A stretch of DNA of 64,000 nt from the human T2T-CHM13v2.0 reference genome, Homo sapiens, in contig CP086569.2 in NCBI GenBank assembly GCA_009914755.4, forward strand, positions 8,320,001-8,384,000. The letters run 5' to 3'. The notes under the pieces were generated by a model. The model made no database searches and was not told where the DNA came from. It saw only the letters and a list, made by a program, of their open reading frames with translations. Positions 11,971 to 24,440 of this stretch are shown one piece after another. A program made the position numbers and the translations under genes. Each line of letters opens with the position of its first letter. Positions within the stretch are counted from its first letter, which is position 1.

Positions 11971-14254
11971 TGTGGGTCCCCATCCACCCCTCACCAGATA
12001 GGATGATCAGCCCTAACTGACTTTATTTCTCCTCACACTCGATGTCCCAGGATAAAATCCCATGACCATGGAGGGGTGCCACTTAAGGACATGAAGCACC
12101 TCCTTGGCTGGGACCAAATTTGAGGTAAAAATCAAGGAACTTGTGAACAAGTCTGATAGTGTCTCTCTTTGGGTTGGATAATGAAGCACTGGAAGATGTC
12201 TGTTTTTTGGTGTGGTGTGCTCCTCTTCTTTTAGAAGAGTGCTTTTTTTGAAGGGGAGGTGATTTGGATGTTGGCAGGTCTTGGCTTGCCTCCCAATTCA
12301 CTGTGGATTCATGATCCACAGAAAAATAAAGAACACAGAGCCCCACATCTCAAGCAGACCCACACAGGCCACAAAAGGGTTGTGAGATGAAAACAAAAAA
12401 AAAGAAGCACTGAAGTGTCGTAGCCACATTCTTTTAAGCAGACACCACTAAAAGACACACACACACAGAGACTCCCACATGCATACACACATACAGTGCC
12501 AAACATACACACAGAAATACAACACTCACAACACTCCCACTGAAATACACAGCTCAGTAGCTCCATAGGCTGTGTGTTTCTGCTGGAAGCTCCACTTGGG
12601 AGAGGAACCTTGGGGAATACAGATGGGTTGTACCTAGAAATCACAGTGGAGCAAGATTCAAAAGACTCAGCCCTACAATGTCTTGACAGGCCTGTGGAAT
12701 TCTTCAGATCTTTTTGAATCCTTGGGAATTTCGCGGTTTATTCCTGGGGCTCTGCTTGACTTTTCTTCAGGCTGGCTCATGTCTGCTCACTTTTAAATTC
12801 ATGGGAATATCTAGTGGATCCCACAGAAAAGAGAGGTGACAGTCCATGGCCAATGCTCATCCATGGAGGTCTCCTTCTTTGCCAAGCCACAGGGAATTGC
12901 CACAAGTCAACGGTGACATTCACCATGACAGCACTGTGCTATCAGTGCTGTCAGCCTGCCTAAGCAGAAAAAGAATCATACAGGCAGAGTCAGCCTGGTA
13001 TTGGAAAGCAGGCTACCTGAGAATACCCACTGCGAGACCCTACAAATCTTGACCTCAGGGCCGCTTCCAGCCATCTTCGTGGTCGGACAGCATTGATGAA
13101 AAGGGTGTTTCGAGACTGTGAGTTGGCCAATGGAAACTGCTTTTCTGACTACATTCCAGAAAGTGGTTGTGCATAAGAATTGAATCCCATAAGGAATGGA
13201 ATATAATCTGGTGAGTTTTTCAGGGCTCTTTGGGTGATAGAATCATACCTGAGACCACAGATGCCGGTGTCAGTGATAAATGGTTGGGATCTTCTCACTG
13301 TCTCTCTTCATCCTGGGCCTTGCAGTGGCTCTCTAGAAAAAACACAAAACACAACAAAGGCAAGTCCAAGGTGAAGCAGTCTTCTCACACCTCTGACTTG
13401 CTTTTCATGGGTGCAGACGAAATTCAGACAGTGAAAACGAGCTGCATTGTGCTGGAGTCCAGTCAGTGTTCAATGATTCCTGTCAGATGACACAAAAGCT
13501 TCCTTCAGAGTGCTAACATCCTCAGCATCCACAATGAGACAACGACACACAACCTGGAGCACAGCCAGCCTATCTTAACTCTTTTTGGCTCTCTGAAATC
13601 CCTGGCAGCTAAATAATCTGTGGAAAGAGGCACTCCCATCCAGCAACAGCCCAATGAAAGAGCTCCACAATGAGAATGCTGTGCATATAAAATGAAACCA
13701 AGGTTAGATTACAAGGAAAAAGCCAGAAATGTCTGCCTGCTTCTCATCTTACAGGAATCATGCAGCGCTCCAATAGAAGTTGGAGAACAAGAGTTCCCTT
13801 TTTGGCAGCGGTAACAAGAATTCACAGTTTTAAAAGCATCAAAGCTGCCCAGTCATTAAATTGTGAAAGAGTTTAGAAGAAAACCCTCAGGCAATGAATT
13901 CTCATGAGGATCTTTCTTCATGACCTGGGAAACATTTAATGTGGAAGTCTTTGAGCCAGACTCAGAAAACCCTATGCCGACAAGGAACATGGAAGTCAGC
14001 AAAAGAAGAATCAAGTATAGAGGCCACATCCCAACCAGCATCAATCTATTCCACTCCCATTTGGCTACAGGTATGAAAGTGCTCAAACTGGGTGTTTGCC
14101 AGGATGGTCCCAATTTGTAATACAAATGGTCCTTTCACATTGGATACTCCTACCTGAAGAGTGGGAGGTGGTGTGAGCTGCTTGTGCAATTAATGGAATA
14201 AGGGGATGGAGTTGGAAACACCTCCTGTGTCATCTGTCTTCATTTCTTTTGCAG
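11971..14254 (+). repeat. Unit B1 (starts ~11 bp inside the exon-like segment, directly at the inversion junction; 2284 bp)
   Basis: Begins ttgtgggtccccatccacccctcaccag. Donor-like gaggtaaaaatcaagg at ~12125, hairpin at 12301-12321, (CA)n at ~12456-12480. Confidence 0.75.
12301..12331 (+). other. Example of the conserved near-perfect 21-bp hairpin ctgtggattcatgatccacag, followed ~5 nt later by AATAAAG. Present once per unit
   Basis: 8-bp stem ctgtggat/atccacag with a 5-nt loop. Other examples are at ~1441, 3245, 8237, 17048, 21150, 26540, 29395, 36505, 41492, 57372 and 62203. Confidence 0.5.
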
Positions 14255-16740
14255 GTGAAGTTGCAGGACCCCATCCACCCCTCAGTAGATTGTATTCTCA
14301 TCCTTATCTAACCTTATTGCCTCTCACACTCTATGTTCCAGGATGAAATTCCAAGACAATGGAGGAGTGTCCCTTCATGATGTGGAGAACCTGCTTGGCT
14401 CGAAACTGAATTTGAGGTAAATTCAAGGGGTACTGTGGGCAAGACTGCTAGTGTCTCTCCCTGGTTTGCCCTCAGGACAGGGAAACACTGGGAGATGTCT
14501 GTTTTTTGGTGTGGTGTGTTCCCTTTCTTTATAGAAGAGTAGTTTTTTGTTTTTGTTTTTGTTTTTGTTTTCCAAGGAAAGGTGATTTGGATGCTGGCCT
14601 GTCTTGATCCACCTTCAAATTCACTGCGGATTTAAGATTTACATAAAAATAAAGAACATGGAGCCCCAGAACTGACCAGAGCCACACAGATGTGCCATAA
14701 AATGGTTTTGTTATTCAAATAAAAAGAAGTTCTGAAGGGCGCTAGCCATATTCCTTTAAGCAGACTTTACTTACAGGGACAGACAAACACCCAATACCAC
14801 ATAAGCATGCAGCCATCAAACACTTACAACACTCTCACAGAAACACACAGCCTGGCAGCTCCTGAGGCTGTACAGGAAACCCCACATGAAAGACAGCAAC
14901 ACTGGAACAAAAAAGATGGAAAACAAAATGCTCCCAGACATCACAGTGGAGCAAGCTTCAAAAAGACTCACCCCTACAACTTCTAGGCAGCCTCAGAAAT
15001 CCTGTAGATCCTTTTGGATTTTTAGGGATGTCATGGTTTATTCCTGGGGCTCCGCTTGATGTTTCTTTAGGCTGGCTCATGTCTGTTCTCTCCTAGGATC
15101 ATGGGATTATCCCATGGATCCCACAGAGAAGATGGGTGGGAGCCCAACACCAATACACTTCCACAGAGGACTTTTTCTCTGCCAAGCCACAGAAACTTGT
15201 TGCTAGGCAATGGTGACATTCGTGGTGACAATAGCCAGAGCTCAAAATCAGGCCTGGTGTGCATTCATGAGGCAGACTCGTGTGCCTGGTTGTCAGAACT
15301 ATCAGCCTGCCTAAGAAGAGAATATTGGTATAGGCAGAGACCCGATGACATGGGAAAAAGGATGCTTGTAAAACCCACTGTGAAACCCAAGATCTCCCAA
15401 CCTCAGGGACCCTCCAAGCCATCTCCGTTTTTGGGTTCTGCTGGAGAAAAAGGAGTTTAGTGACTTTGAGGTCATCGCTAGAAACTGCTCTTCTGACTCC
15501 ATTCCCAAAAGAAGCTGTGTGCAAGAATCAGATCTCAAGGAAAGTGGAACACAGTCTGTTGTGTTGTTCAGCCTTCTTTGGGTGATAGAATTATACTGAA
15601 AACAGAGGCAGGTGTCAGCGAATGATGGCCTGACTCCTGACCTCACTGCCTCCCTTCATCCTTGGCCTTGCAGGGTATCTCTGGGAAAGGCAGAAACCAT
15701 GACAAAGGCAAGTCAAAGTTGAAGCAGTGTTATCACACCTCGGATTGGCCTCTTTCAGGTGCATATGAGGTTGAGACAGTGTATTGGAGTCTGTCTGTGC
15801 CAATGGCAAGCCTGAAAATGGTGTCCAGTAGTGCTGTTATGGGACACTGGGTTCCCCATGAAAGCAAAAGAAATAAATAAGTAAAATAGATAAATAAAAA
15901 ATCTAGGCTCACTGAGAGAATGAGCTGCCTTTTGCTGGAGTCCAAACAATGTTCAATGATTTCTGTCAGAGAAGACAAAAGCCTCCTTAAAATGCAAACA
16001 TCCTCAGCCCCCACAATGAGACAATGACCTACAACCTGAAGCACAGCCATCCTACCCAAAGTCACTTTTTCTCTATTCAATTGCAGTTAGCTAAATAAGC
16101 TGTGGCCAAAGGCAGTCCCATCCAGCAACAGCCCAATAAAAAAGCCACTCCAAAATGAGGAGGACATGCAGATGAAATGAAACAGAGGGTAGATTACCAG
16201 GCAAAGGCCAGACATGGATGCCTGCTTCTCATCGGACAGGAATCATGCAGCCCTTTGATAAAAGTGGGAGAACAAGAGTTCTCTTGTTGGTCACTGTAAT
16301 GAGAATTTACAGTTTAGAAAGTTTCAAAGCTTCCCGGTCATTAAAACGTGAGAATGTTTAGAAGAAAACAGTCGCTCAATGGTTGCCAATGAGTGTCATT
16401 CTCTGTGAAATGGGAAATGTTTAGTGTAGAAGTCATTGAGCCAGACCAAGGAAACCCTAGGCCAGTGAGAAACATGGAAATCAGGAAAGGAAGAGTCAAG
16501 TGTAGAGGTCACATCCCACCAGGGATCAATCTATTCCACTCCCATCTGGCTCTGGGTATAAACCACCAAAAATAGGGAGTTCACCAGGATGGCCCCAATT
16601 TCTTTTTCCAGTGCTCCTTGCATGTTGGAGTACTCCCACACAAACACTGGCCCGTGGTGTGGACTGCTTGTGCAATTAAGGAAACATGGGGAATTAACTG
16701 GGAGAACATTCTGTGTCATTTGTCTTCATTTTTTTTGCAG
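14255..16740 (+). repeat. Unit B2 (full length, 2486 bp)
   Basis: Landmark gcag|gtgaagttgcaggacccc at 14251-14270. (TTTTG)n at ~14543-14572. Confidence 0.8.
14255..16740 (+). other. Example of the exon-like segment found in every unit: (Y)n-AG acceptor-like site, ~162 bp segment with internal ATG (caggATGAAATCCCAAGA(T/C)(G/A)ATGGAGGAGTGCCC), then GAG|GTAAAT donor-like site. In this copy it occupies 14255-14416
   Basis: Polypyrimidine tract plus gcag at 14241-14254, and donor-like tttgag|gtaaattcaagggg at 14411-14430. The same arrangement recurs in almost all units, on the minus strand in block A. The reading frame is interrupted by stops in most copies (for example EVAGPHPPLSRLYSHPYLTLLPLTLYVPG*). 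Confidence 0.3.
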
Positions 16741-18331
16741 GTGAAGTTGTGGGACCCCATTCAACCCTCAGCAGATACTATCCTCACCTGTATCTGACCT
16801 TATTGTGTTCACACTGCATGTCACAGGATGAAATCCCAAGATGATGGAGGAGTGCCCCTCATGATGTGAAGCACTTGATCAACTGGTAACATAATGTGAG
16901 GTAAATTCAATGGGCCCTGTTGACAGGACTGCTAATGTCTTTCTCTAGATTGGCTGCAAAACAATGAAACACTGAGTTTTTTTTTTTTTTTTTTTTTTTG
17001 GCACACAAGGGTGATTTGGGTGCTGGCACATTTTGGCATGCCTCTGAATTCACTGTGGATTCATGATCCACAGAAAAATAAAGAAAACGGCCCCCTGCAG
17101 GCCATGCAGAGCCACACTGACAGGCCACCAAAATGTTGCAAGGCTAAGAAAAATGAAGTGCTGAAGGGTGTTAGCCACATTCCTTTAAGCAGAAGCCTTT
17201 TACATTCAAACACACACAAACACACTTACACATACAAACACACAATGTTCTTGACTTCCCTGTCTCACTTCATCCTGCACCTCGCAGGGCTCTATGGGAA
17301 AGGCAGTAACCATGACAAAGGCAAGTCCAAGTTTGAGCAGTGTTCTCAAACCTTGGACTGGCCTCTCACGGGTGCAGATGAGGATGAGACAGTGTCTGAG
17401 GTGCCACTGGTGGTGATGGCAAGCCTGAAAAGTGTGTCCAGTAGTGCTGTTGAGGGGCTCTGTGGATTCCCCATGACAGAAAATAAAAATCAAGACTCAC
17501 CTGAGGAATGAGCTGCCTTGTGCTAGAGTCAAACAATGTTCAATGATTGCTGTCACAGGACCCAAAAGCCTCCTGCAAAATCCTATCAACCTCAGCCCCC
17601 ACAACGAGACCACAAGCCACAACCTGGAGTGCAGCCAGCATACCTGAAATCCCTACTGCTCTCTGAAACCCATGGCAGCTAAATAATGTGTGGTGAGAGA
17701 CCCTGCCACCCAGCAGCAGTCTAATGAAAGACCTCCTTTACAAAGAAAAGGCAGTGTGGACAAAATGAAACAAAAGCTAGATTACCAGTAAAAAGTCAGA
17801 CACGGCTGCCTGCTTCTCATGCTACAGATATCACGCAGCCACCCTTTCTCTGATAGAGTAGAACTAGAGCTTCCTTGTTGTTGGCTGTAACAGGAATTTA
17901 CGGTTTTAAAAGTATAAAAGCTGTCCAGTCATTAATATGTTACAGTGGATAGAAGGAAACACTCACACAATTGCTTTTCATGAGGGTCGTTCTCTGTGAA
18001 CTGGAAAATGTTTAGTGTTGAAAACATTGATCCAGACCCAGGAAATCCTAGGACGATGAGGAACATGGAAGTCCAGAAAAGAAGAGGCAAGTTTGGAGGC
18101 CACATCCCAAGAAGCATGAATCCATTTCCCTCCCATTGGCTCCAGGTATAAAAGCCCTCAAATAGGGTTTTTGCCAGGATGTTCGCAATTTTCACTCCAA
18201 ATGTTTCTTGCACATTGGAGTATTTCCACTTAAACACTGGGCCATGCTGTGGAATACTTGTTCAATTAAGGTAACTCAGGGAAGAAGCTGGATGCACCTT
18301 CTGTGTCATCTGTCTTTATTTTTCTTTGCAG
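16741..18331 (+). repeat. Unit B3, shortened to 1.59 kb by a ~0.9 kb internal deletion near 17248
   Basis: After the CA-rich block (ends ~17247) the sequence jumps to the ...cttcatcctg...ggcaggaaccatgacaaaggcaag region. That region lies ~900 bp further downstream in full-length units. Confidence 0.65.
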
Positions 18332-20802
18332 GGGAAGTTTCAGGACACCATCCACCCCTCATCAGATTGTATTTACACTCCTACCTCACCTTGCTGTAGC
18401 TTACACTGTATGTCCCAGGGTGAAACCCCAAGACAATGGAGGAGGGCCAAGTCATGATCTGAAGCACCAACTCAGCTGGGAACCAAATTTGAGGTAAATA
18501 CATGGGGCCTGGCAGACAGAATGGCTAATGTCTCTCCATTTGTTGTCCTCAGAACAATGAAACGCTAATAGATGTCTATTCTTTTGAAGTAGTGTGCTCC
18601 TTATTTATTTATTTATTTATTTTAAGAAGAGTAGTTTTTTTGCAGGGAAAGGTGATTTGGACGCTGGCTCATCTCTGCCTACCTCCCAATTCAGTTTGAA
18701 TTCATGATCCACAGAAAATTAAAGAATATGGAGTCCTGCAACCCAAGCACAGCAACATAGACTGGCCACCAAAAGGTTGGGAGACTTTAAAAAAAAAAAA
18801 AAAAAGAAGCACTGGAATGAGGTAGCCACAAAATGTTAAGCAGACTCCACTTACAGGCACACACACACACACAAAGACACACTGCCACACACAGAAGCAG
18901 ACATCCAACACTTGCAACACTGCCCCCAAAACACAGAGCCCAGTAGCTTCTGAGGCTGTGTTGTTCTGCAGGAAGTCCCACAAGGGAGAGAGCCACCATG
19001 GGAAACACAGGTGGGCAACACCTCAAAATCTCAGTGAGGCAAGTTTCAAAAAGACTCTCCCCTACAAAGTTTAGGCAGGCCTGAGGAATCCGGCAGACTC
19101 TTCTGGATCCTTAGGGATTTCATTGTTTATTCCTTGGTCTGTGCTAGAAGTTTTTTTCAGGCTGGTCGAAGTCTGCCCTCTTCTAGGTTCATGGGACTAT
19201 ACCGAGAATCCCACAGAGAAGACAACTGAGAGTCCACTGCCGACACATCTTCATGAATGTCTCCTTCTCTGCCAAGCCGGAGGAACAGTCGCTAGGCAAT
19301 GATGACATTCACTGTGACGCTAGCCAGAGCTCACAATCAGGCCTGGTGCTCTGAGACAGGCATGTGCAAGTTCTTGAGACAGACTCGGGCTCCTGGCTCT
19401 CAGAGCTGTCACCCTGCCTAAGAAGAGGAAAACAATAAAGGTTAAGTCGGCCTGGTATCGTGAAAAATGTTGCCTGCCATTACCCACTGCAGGACGCTAA
19501 AATTCTTGACCTTAGGGCCCCGTCGGGATGTTTCTGTCTTTGGGTCTGACTGGAGGAGGAGGTGTTTCAATACTGTGAGGTGTTCGCTAACCACATCTCT
19601 TCTGACTCCATTACTTAAAGGGGCTGTGTGCCAGAGTTGGGTCCCATATGAATTGGAATATAGTCTGGTGAGTTGTTGAAGGGTTTTTGTGTAATGGAAT
19701 CATACCTAAGATCCCCAAAAGTGGGTGTCAGTGAATGATAGCCGGGCCCTTGACTTCATTGCCTCTCTTCATTTTGGGCCTCCGAGGGGCTCTCTGGGAA
19801 AGGCAGGAACCACGACAAAGGCATGTCCAAAGTGGAGCAGTGTTGCCATACATCAAACTGTGGTCTCACAGGTACAGATGATGATCATAAGTTTTCTCAG
19901 AGGTCATCTGTGGTGATTGCAAGCCTAGAAAGGTCCAGTGTTGTTTTTGAGGGTGAATGTGGACCCAGCATGAAAGCAAAGACAAATCAAGGCCCACCTG
20001 AGAGAATGAGCTTACTTGTCCTGGAGTCCAGGAAACATTCAAAGATTCCTGTAAAAGGACCCAAAATCCTCCTGCAAAGTGTAAGCAATCTCAGCCCCCA
20101 CAACAAGACAATGGTTCAAAATCTGGAGCACAGCCAGCCTAACCAAAGTCAATTTTGCTTCCTGAAATCAATGGCATCAGAAAGATATGTGGTGAGAGGT
20201 AGCCCATCCAACAACAGTCCAATAAAAGACCTTCTCTAAAATAAGAAAGGATATGCAAATGAAAGGAAACAGCCTTTCCAAGTGAAAGCCAGACACGTCT
20301 TTCTGCTTCTCATAGTACGGGAATCAAGCATCCCTCCCATAGAAGTGGGAGAACAATGTCTCCATGTTGTTGGCTGTAATGGAAATAAGGTTGTAAATTT
20401 ATCACATAAGCTGTTATTAAAACTTGACAGTGTTTAGAAGGAAACTCACACAATGCATTTTCATGAGAATCATTTTCTGTGAAAGGAAAATGTTTAGTGT
20501 GGAAAATGTTGAGCCAGACACAGGAAACCCTATGCCAATGAGGGACATGGAAGTGAGGAAAAGAAGAGGTAAGTGTGGAGGCCACATCCCACCAAGCATC
20601 AGCCCATCCCACTCCCATTTGGCTTCTGGTATTAAAGCCCTTAAACAGGGAGTGTGCCCCAGTTTGCACTACAAATATTTCCTGAAAGTTGGAGTATTCC
20701 CACCTGAACACTGGGCCATGGTGTGGACTGCTTGTGCAACTAAGAGAATGTGGGGATGCAGTTTAAAACACCTCTGTTTCACTGTCTTAACCTTTTTTGC
20801 TG
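18332..20802 (+). repeat. Unit B4 (2471 bp)
   Basis: Landmark tttgcag|gggaagtttcaggacacc at 18328. (TTTA)n at 18600-18622, A16 at 18789-18806, (CA)n at ~18848-18875. Confidence 0.75.
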
Positions 20803-23202
20803 GTGAAGGTACAGGGCCCCATCAACCCCTCACCAAATTATATTTTCACCTGTTTGACCTTATTGCAGCTCACAATCTCTTTCCCAGTTTGAAATCCAAA
20901 GATGATGGAGGAGTGCCCGCTCATGATGTGAAGTACCTGCTCAGCTGGAAACCGAATTTGAGATAAATTCAAGGGTCTATGTGGACAAGACTGCTAGTGT
21001 CTCTCTCTGGATTGGTCATATTGCAATGAAACACCAGACGATGTCTGTTCCTGGGTGTTGTATTCCACTCTTCTTTCTAGAAGAGTGCCTTTATTTGCAG
21101 GGGAAGATAATGGAGACCCTGGCTGGTCACAACTAGCCTACCTGTTCATTGTGGATTCATGACCCACAGAAACATAAAGAACAGGGAGCCCACAGAGCCC
21201 ACAGCCCAAGTACAGCCACACAGACAGGCCACCCAAAGGTTAAGACGCTAAAAAATAAAAAGCCCTGCAGTGTGTTAGCCACATTCCTTTAAGGAGAAAC
21301 AACTTAGAGGCAGAAACACACACACACACAGCCACACACACCCACAGATATCCAACACTCACAATACTCCCACAGAAATACACAGCCTGGTAGCTTCTGA
21401 GGCTGTCTCATTCTATAGGAAGCCCCAACTGAAAGAGAGCAACACCAGGAAAAGCAGGAGGGCTGAACCTAGAAATCACAGTGGGGCATGTTTCAATAAG
21501 ACTCACCCCTACATCAACTAGGCTAGTATGAGGAATCCTGCAGATTCTTTTGGACCCTTAGGAATTTCACAATTTCTGGGGCTCTGCTTGATATCTCTTC
21601 AGGCTGGCTCACATCTGCCCTCTCCTTGGATCCTGGTACTATCTGGTGGATAACACAGAGAAGACGAGTCCACCACTGATGCACTTCCACAGTGGTCTCT
21701 TTCTCCACCAAGGTGCAGGGACTTGTCACTAGGCAAAGGTCAAATTCATTGTGATGCTAGCCACAGGTCACAGCTTGGGCCTGGTGTCATGAGACTACCA
21801 CATGCATATTAGTGAGACAGACTGAACTGTCAGCCTTCTTAGGCAGAGGAAAATGGTACAGACAGAGCTGGCCTTGTATTGGGAAAAAAGACTGCCTGTG
21901 ATAACCCACTTCAGGTCCCTAAAAGTCTTGACCTTAGGGCCCTTATGCACCATAGCCATGTTAGGGTCACGCTGGAGGAAGAGCCATTTCATAACACTGA
22001 GTTTGTCTTTGGAAACTGTTCTTCTAACTCCATTTCTGAAAAAGTTTTTGTGCAAGAATTGAATCCCATGGGGATTGGAATATAGTCAGGTGAGATGTTG
22101 AGTGGTCTTTAGAATTATATCTGAGACCCAAGAGGTGGTCTCAGGCACATACACACACGCAAACACACCTCAACACAATGCTACAACATACACGCAAACA
22201 TTTAACGTTCTATTGTGGAGCAGTGTTTTCACAACTCAGACTGGCTTCTCATGGGTGTAGATGAGGTTTAAAGTGTCTCAGAGGCCCCTGTGGTGATGGA
22301 AGCCTGAAAAGGGTGTCCAGTAGTGCTGCTGAGGGGCACTGTGGACCCTCAATGGGAAAGCAAAGGAAAATCAAGGCTTGCTTGAGAGAATGAGCTGCCT
22401 TGTGCTGGAGTATAAGCAATGTTAAATGATTCCTCTTAGAGGACCCAAAAGCCTCCTGCAAAGTGCAAACACCCTCAATCCCCACGAGGAGACAACGACC
22501 CACAATCTGTAGCATAGCTAAACTTCCCAAAGTCCCTTTTGCTCTCTGAAATCCCTGGCAGCTACATAATCTGTAACAAAACCAGTCCCATCCAGCAACA
22601 GCCCAAATAAACAGCCCCTCCACAATAAGAAGCCCATGTAGATGAAATGAAACAGAGGCTAGATTACCAGGCAATAGCCAGAAGTAGCTGCCTGCTTCTC
22701 ATCCCACAGGAATCATGAAGCCCTGTAATAAAAAGGGGAGAAGACGAGTTTTAATTTCGCACCTGTAGCTGGAATTTACGATTTAAAAAATATCAAACCC
22801 TAGTCATGAAAAGGTGACAGTGTTTAGAAGTAAATATTCATGCAATGGATTCTCCTGAGGGTTGTTCCTCATTAACTGTGAAATGTTTAGTGTGGAAGTC
22901 ATTGAGTAAGAATGAGGAAAACAGGCCGAGGAAAAAGATCGCAGTCAAGAACAGAAGAGGAAAGTGTGGAGGCCATATCCCACCCAGCATCACTCCATTT
23001 CCCTCCCATTTGGCTTTGGGTATGAAAGTACTCAAATGGGGATTTTGCCAGTAGAACCCCAATTTGCACTCCACATGATACTTGCTCATAGGAGTGCCCC
23101 AACCTGAACACCTGGCCATGGTGTGGACTGCTTGTATAATTAAAGGAATGCAAGGATGGAGCTGGAAGCACCTTTTGTATCATCTGTCTTTATTTTTTGC
23201 AG
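20803..23202 (+). repeat. Unit B5 (2400 bp)
   Basis: Landmark ttttttgctg|gtgaaggtacagggcccc at ~20797. (CA)n at ~21318-21340. Confidence 0.75.
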
Positions 23203-23929
23203 GTGAAGTTGTGGGACCCCATCCACTCCTCACCGGATTGTATCCACATCTTTATCTGTCTTATTGTTGCTCAAGCTCTATGTCCCAAGATGAAATCCCA
23301 AGATGATGAAAGAGTGCCTTTTCACGACGTGACGCAACTGCTTGGCTGGAACTGAATTCGTGATAAATTCAAGGGGCAATGTGGACAGGATTTCTACTGT
23401 CTCTTAGTGGGTTGGCTTCTGGAAAATGAAACACTGGGAGATGTCTCTTTTTTGGTGTGGTGTCCTCCTCTTATTTCTAGAAGAGTGTTTTTTTGTTTTT
23501 GTTTTTGTTTTTGTTTTTGTTTTTGGCTGAGGGAGGTGATTTGGACATCATTGGGTCTAAACCTGCCTCCAAATTCATTGCTGATTCATGATCCACAGAA
23601 GAATAGAAAACACGGAGCCTTTCAGCCCAAGCAGAGCCATGCAGTGAGGTCACCAAAAGGTTATGAGACTCAAAAAAAAAGAAGTGCTGAAGTGTGTTAG
23701 CCAAATCCCTTTTGCAGATTTCACCTACATGAACACATCCACACACAAACACACGCAAATACACAATGCCACACACATGCAGACATTCAGCACTCACAAC
23801 ACTCCCACAGAAACACACACCCTGAGAGATTTTGATACTGTGTTGTTCTGCGGAAAGCCACACTTGGGAGATAGCAACCCCAGGGAACATAGTCGGGCTG
23901 TAACTGAAAATCATAGTTGGGCAAGTTTT

Positions 23930-24440
<511 letters not shown>

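Noticed and set aside
20424-20966. Recurrent short peptides translated from every unit (for example ...MEVRKRRGKCGGHIPPSI... and, on the opposite strand, MLGGMWPPHLPLLFLTSMFLIGLGFPGSGSTSSTLN...)
   Set aside because: They recur because the DNA is repeated, not because of coding constraint. They sit on opposite strands of the same segment, are 60-180 aa with stops at varying positions, and have no start or stop conservation.
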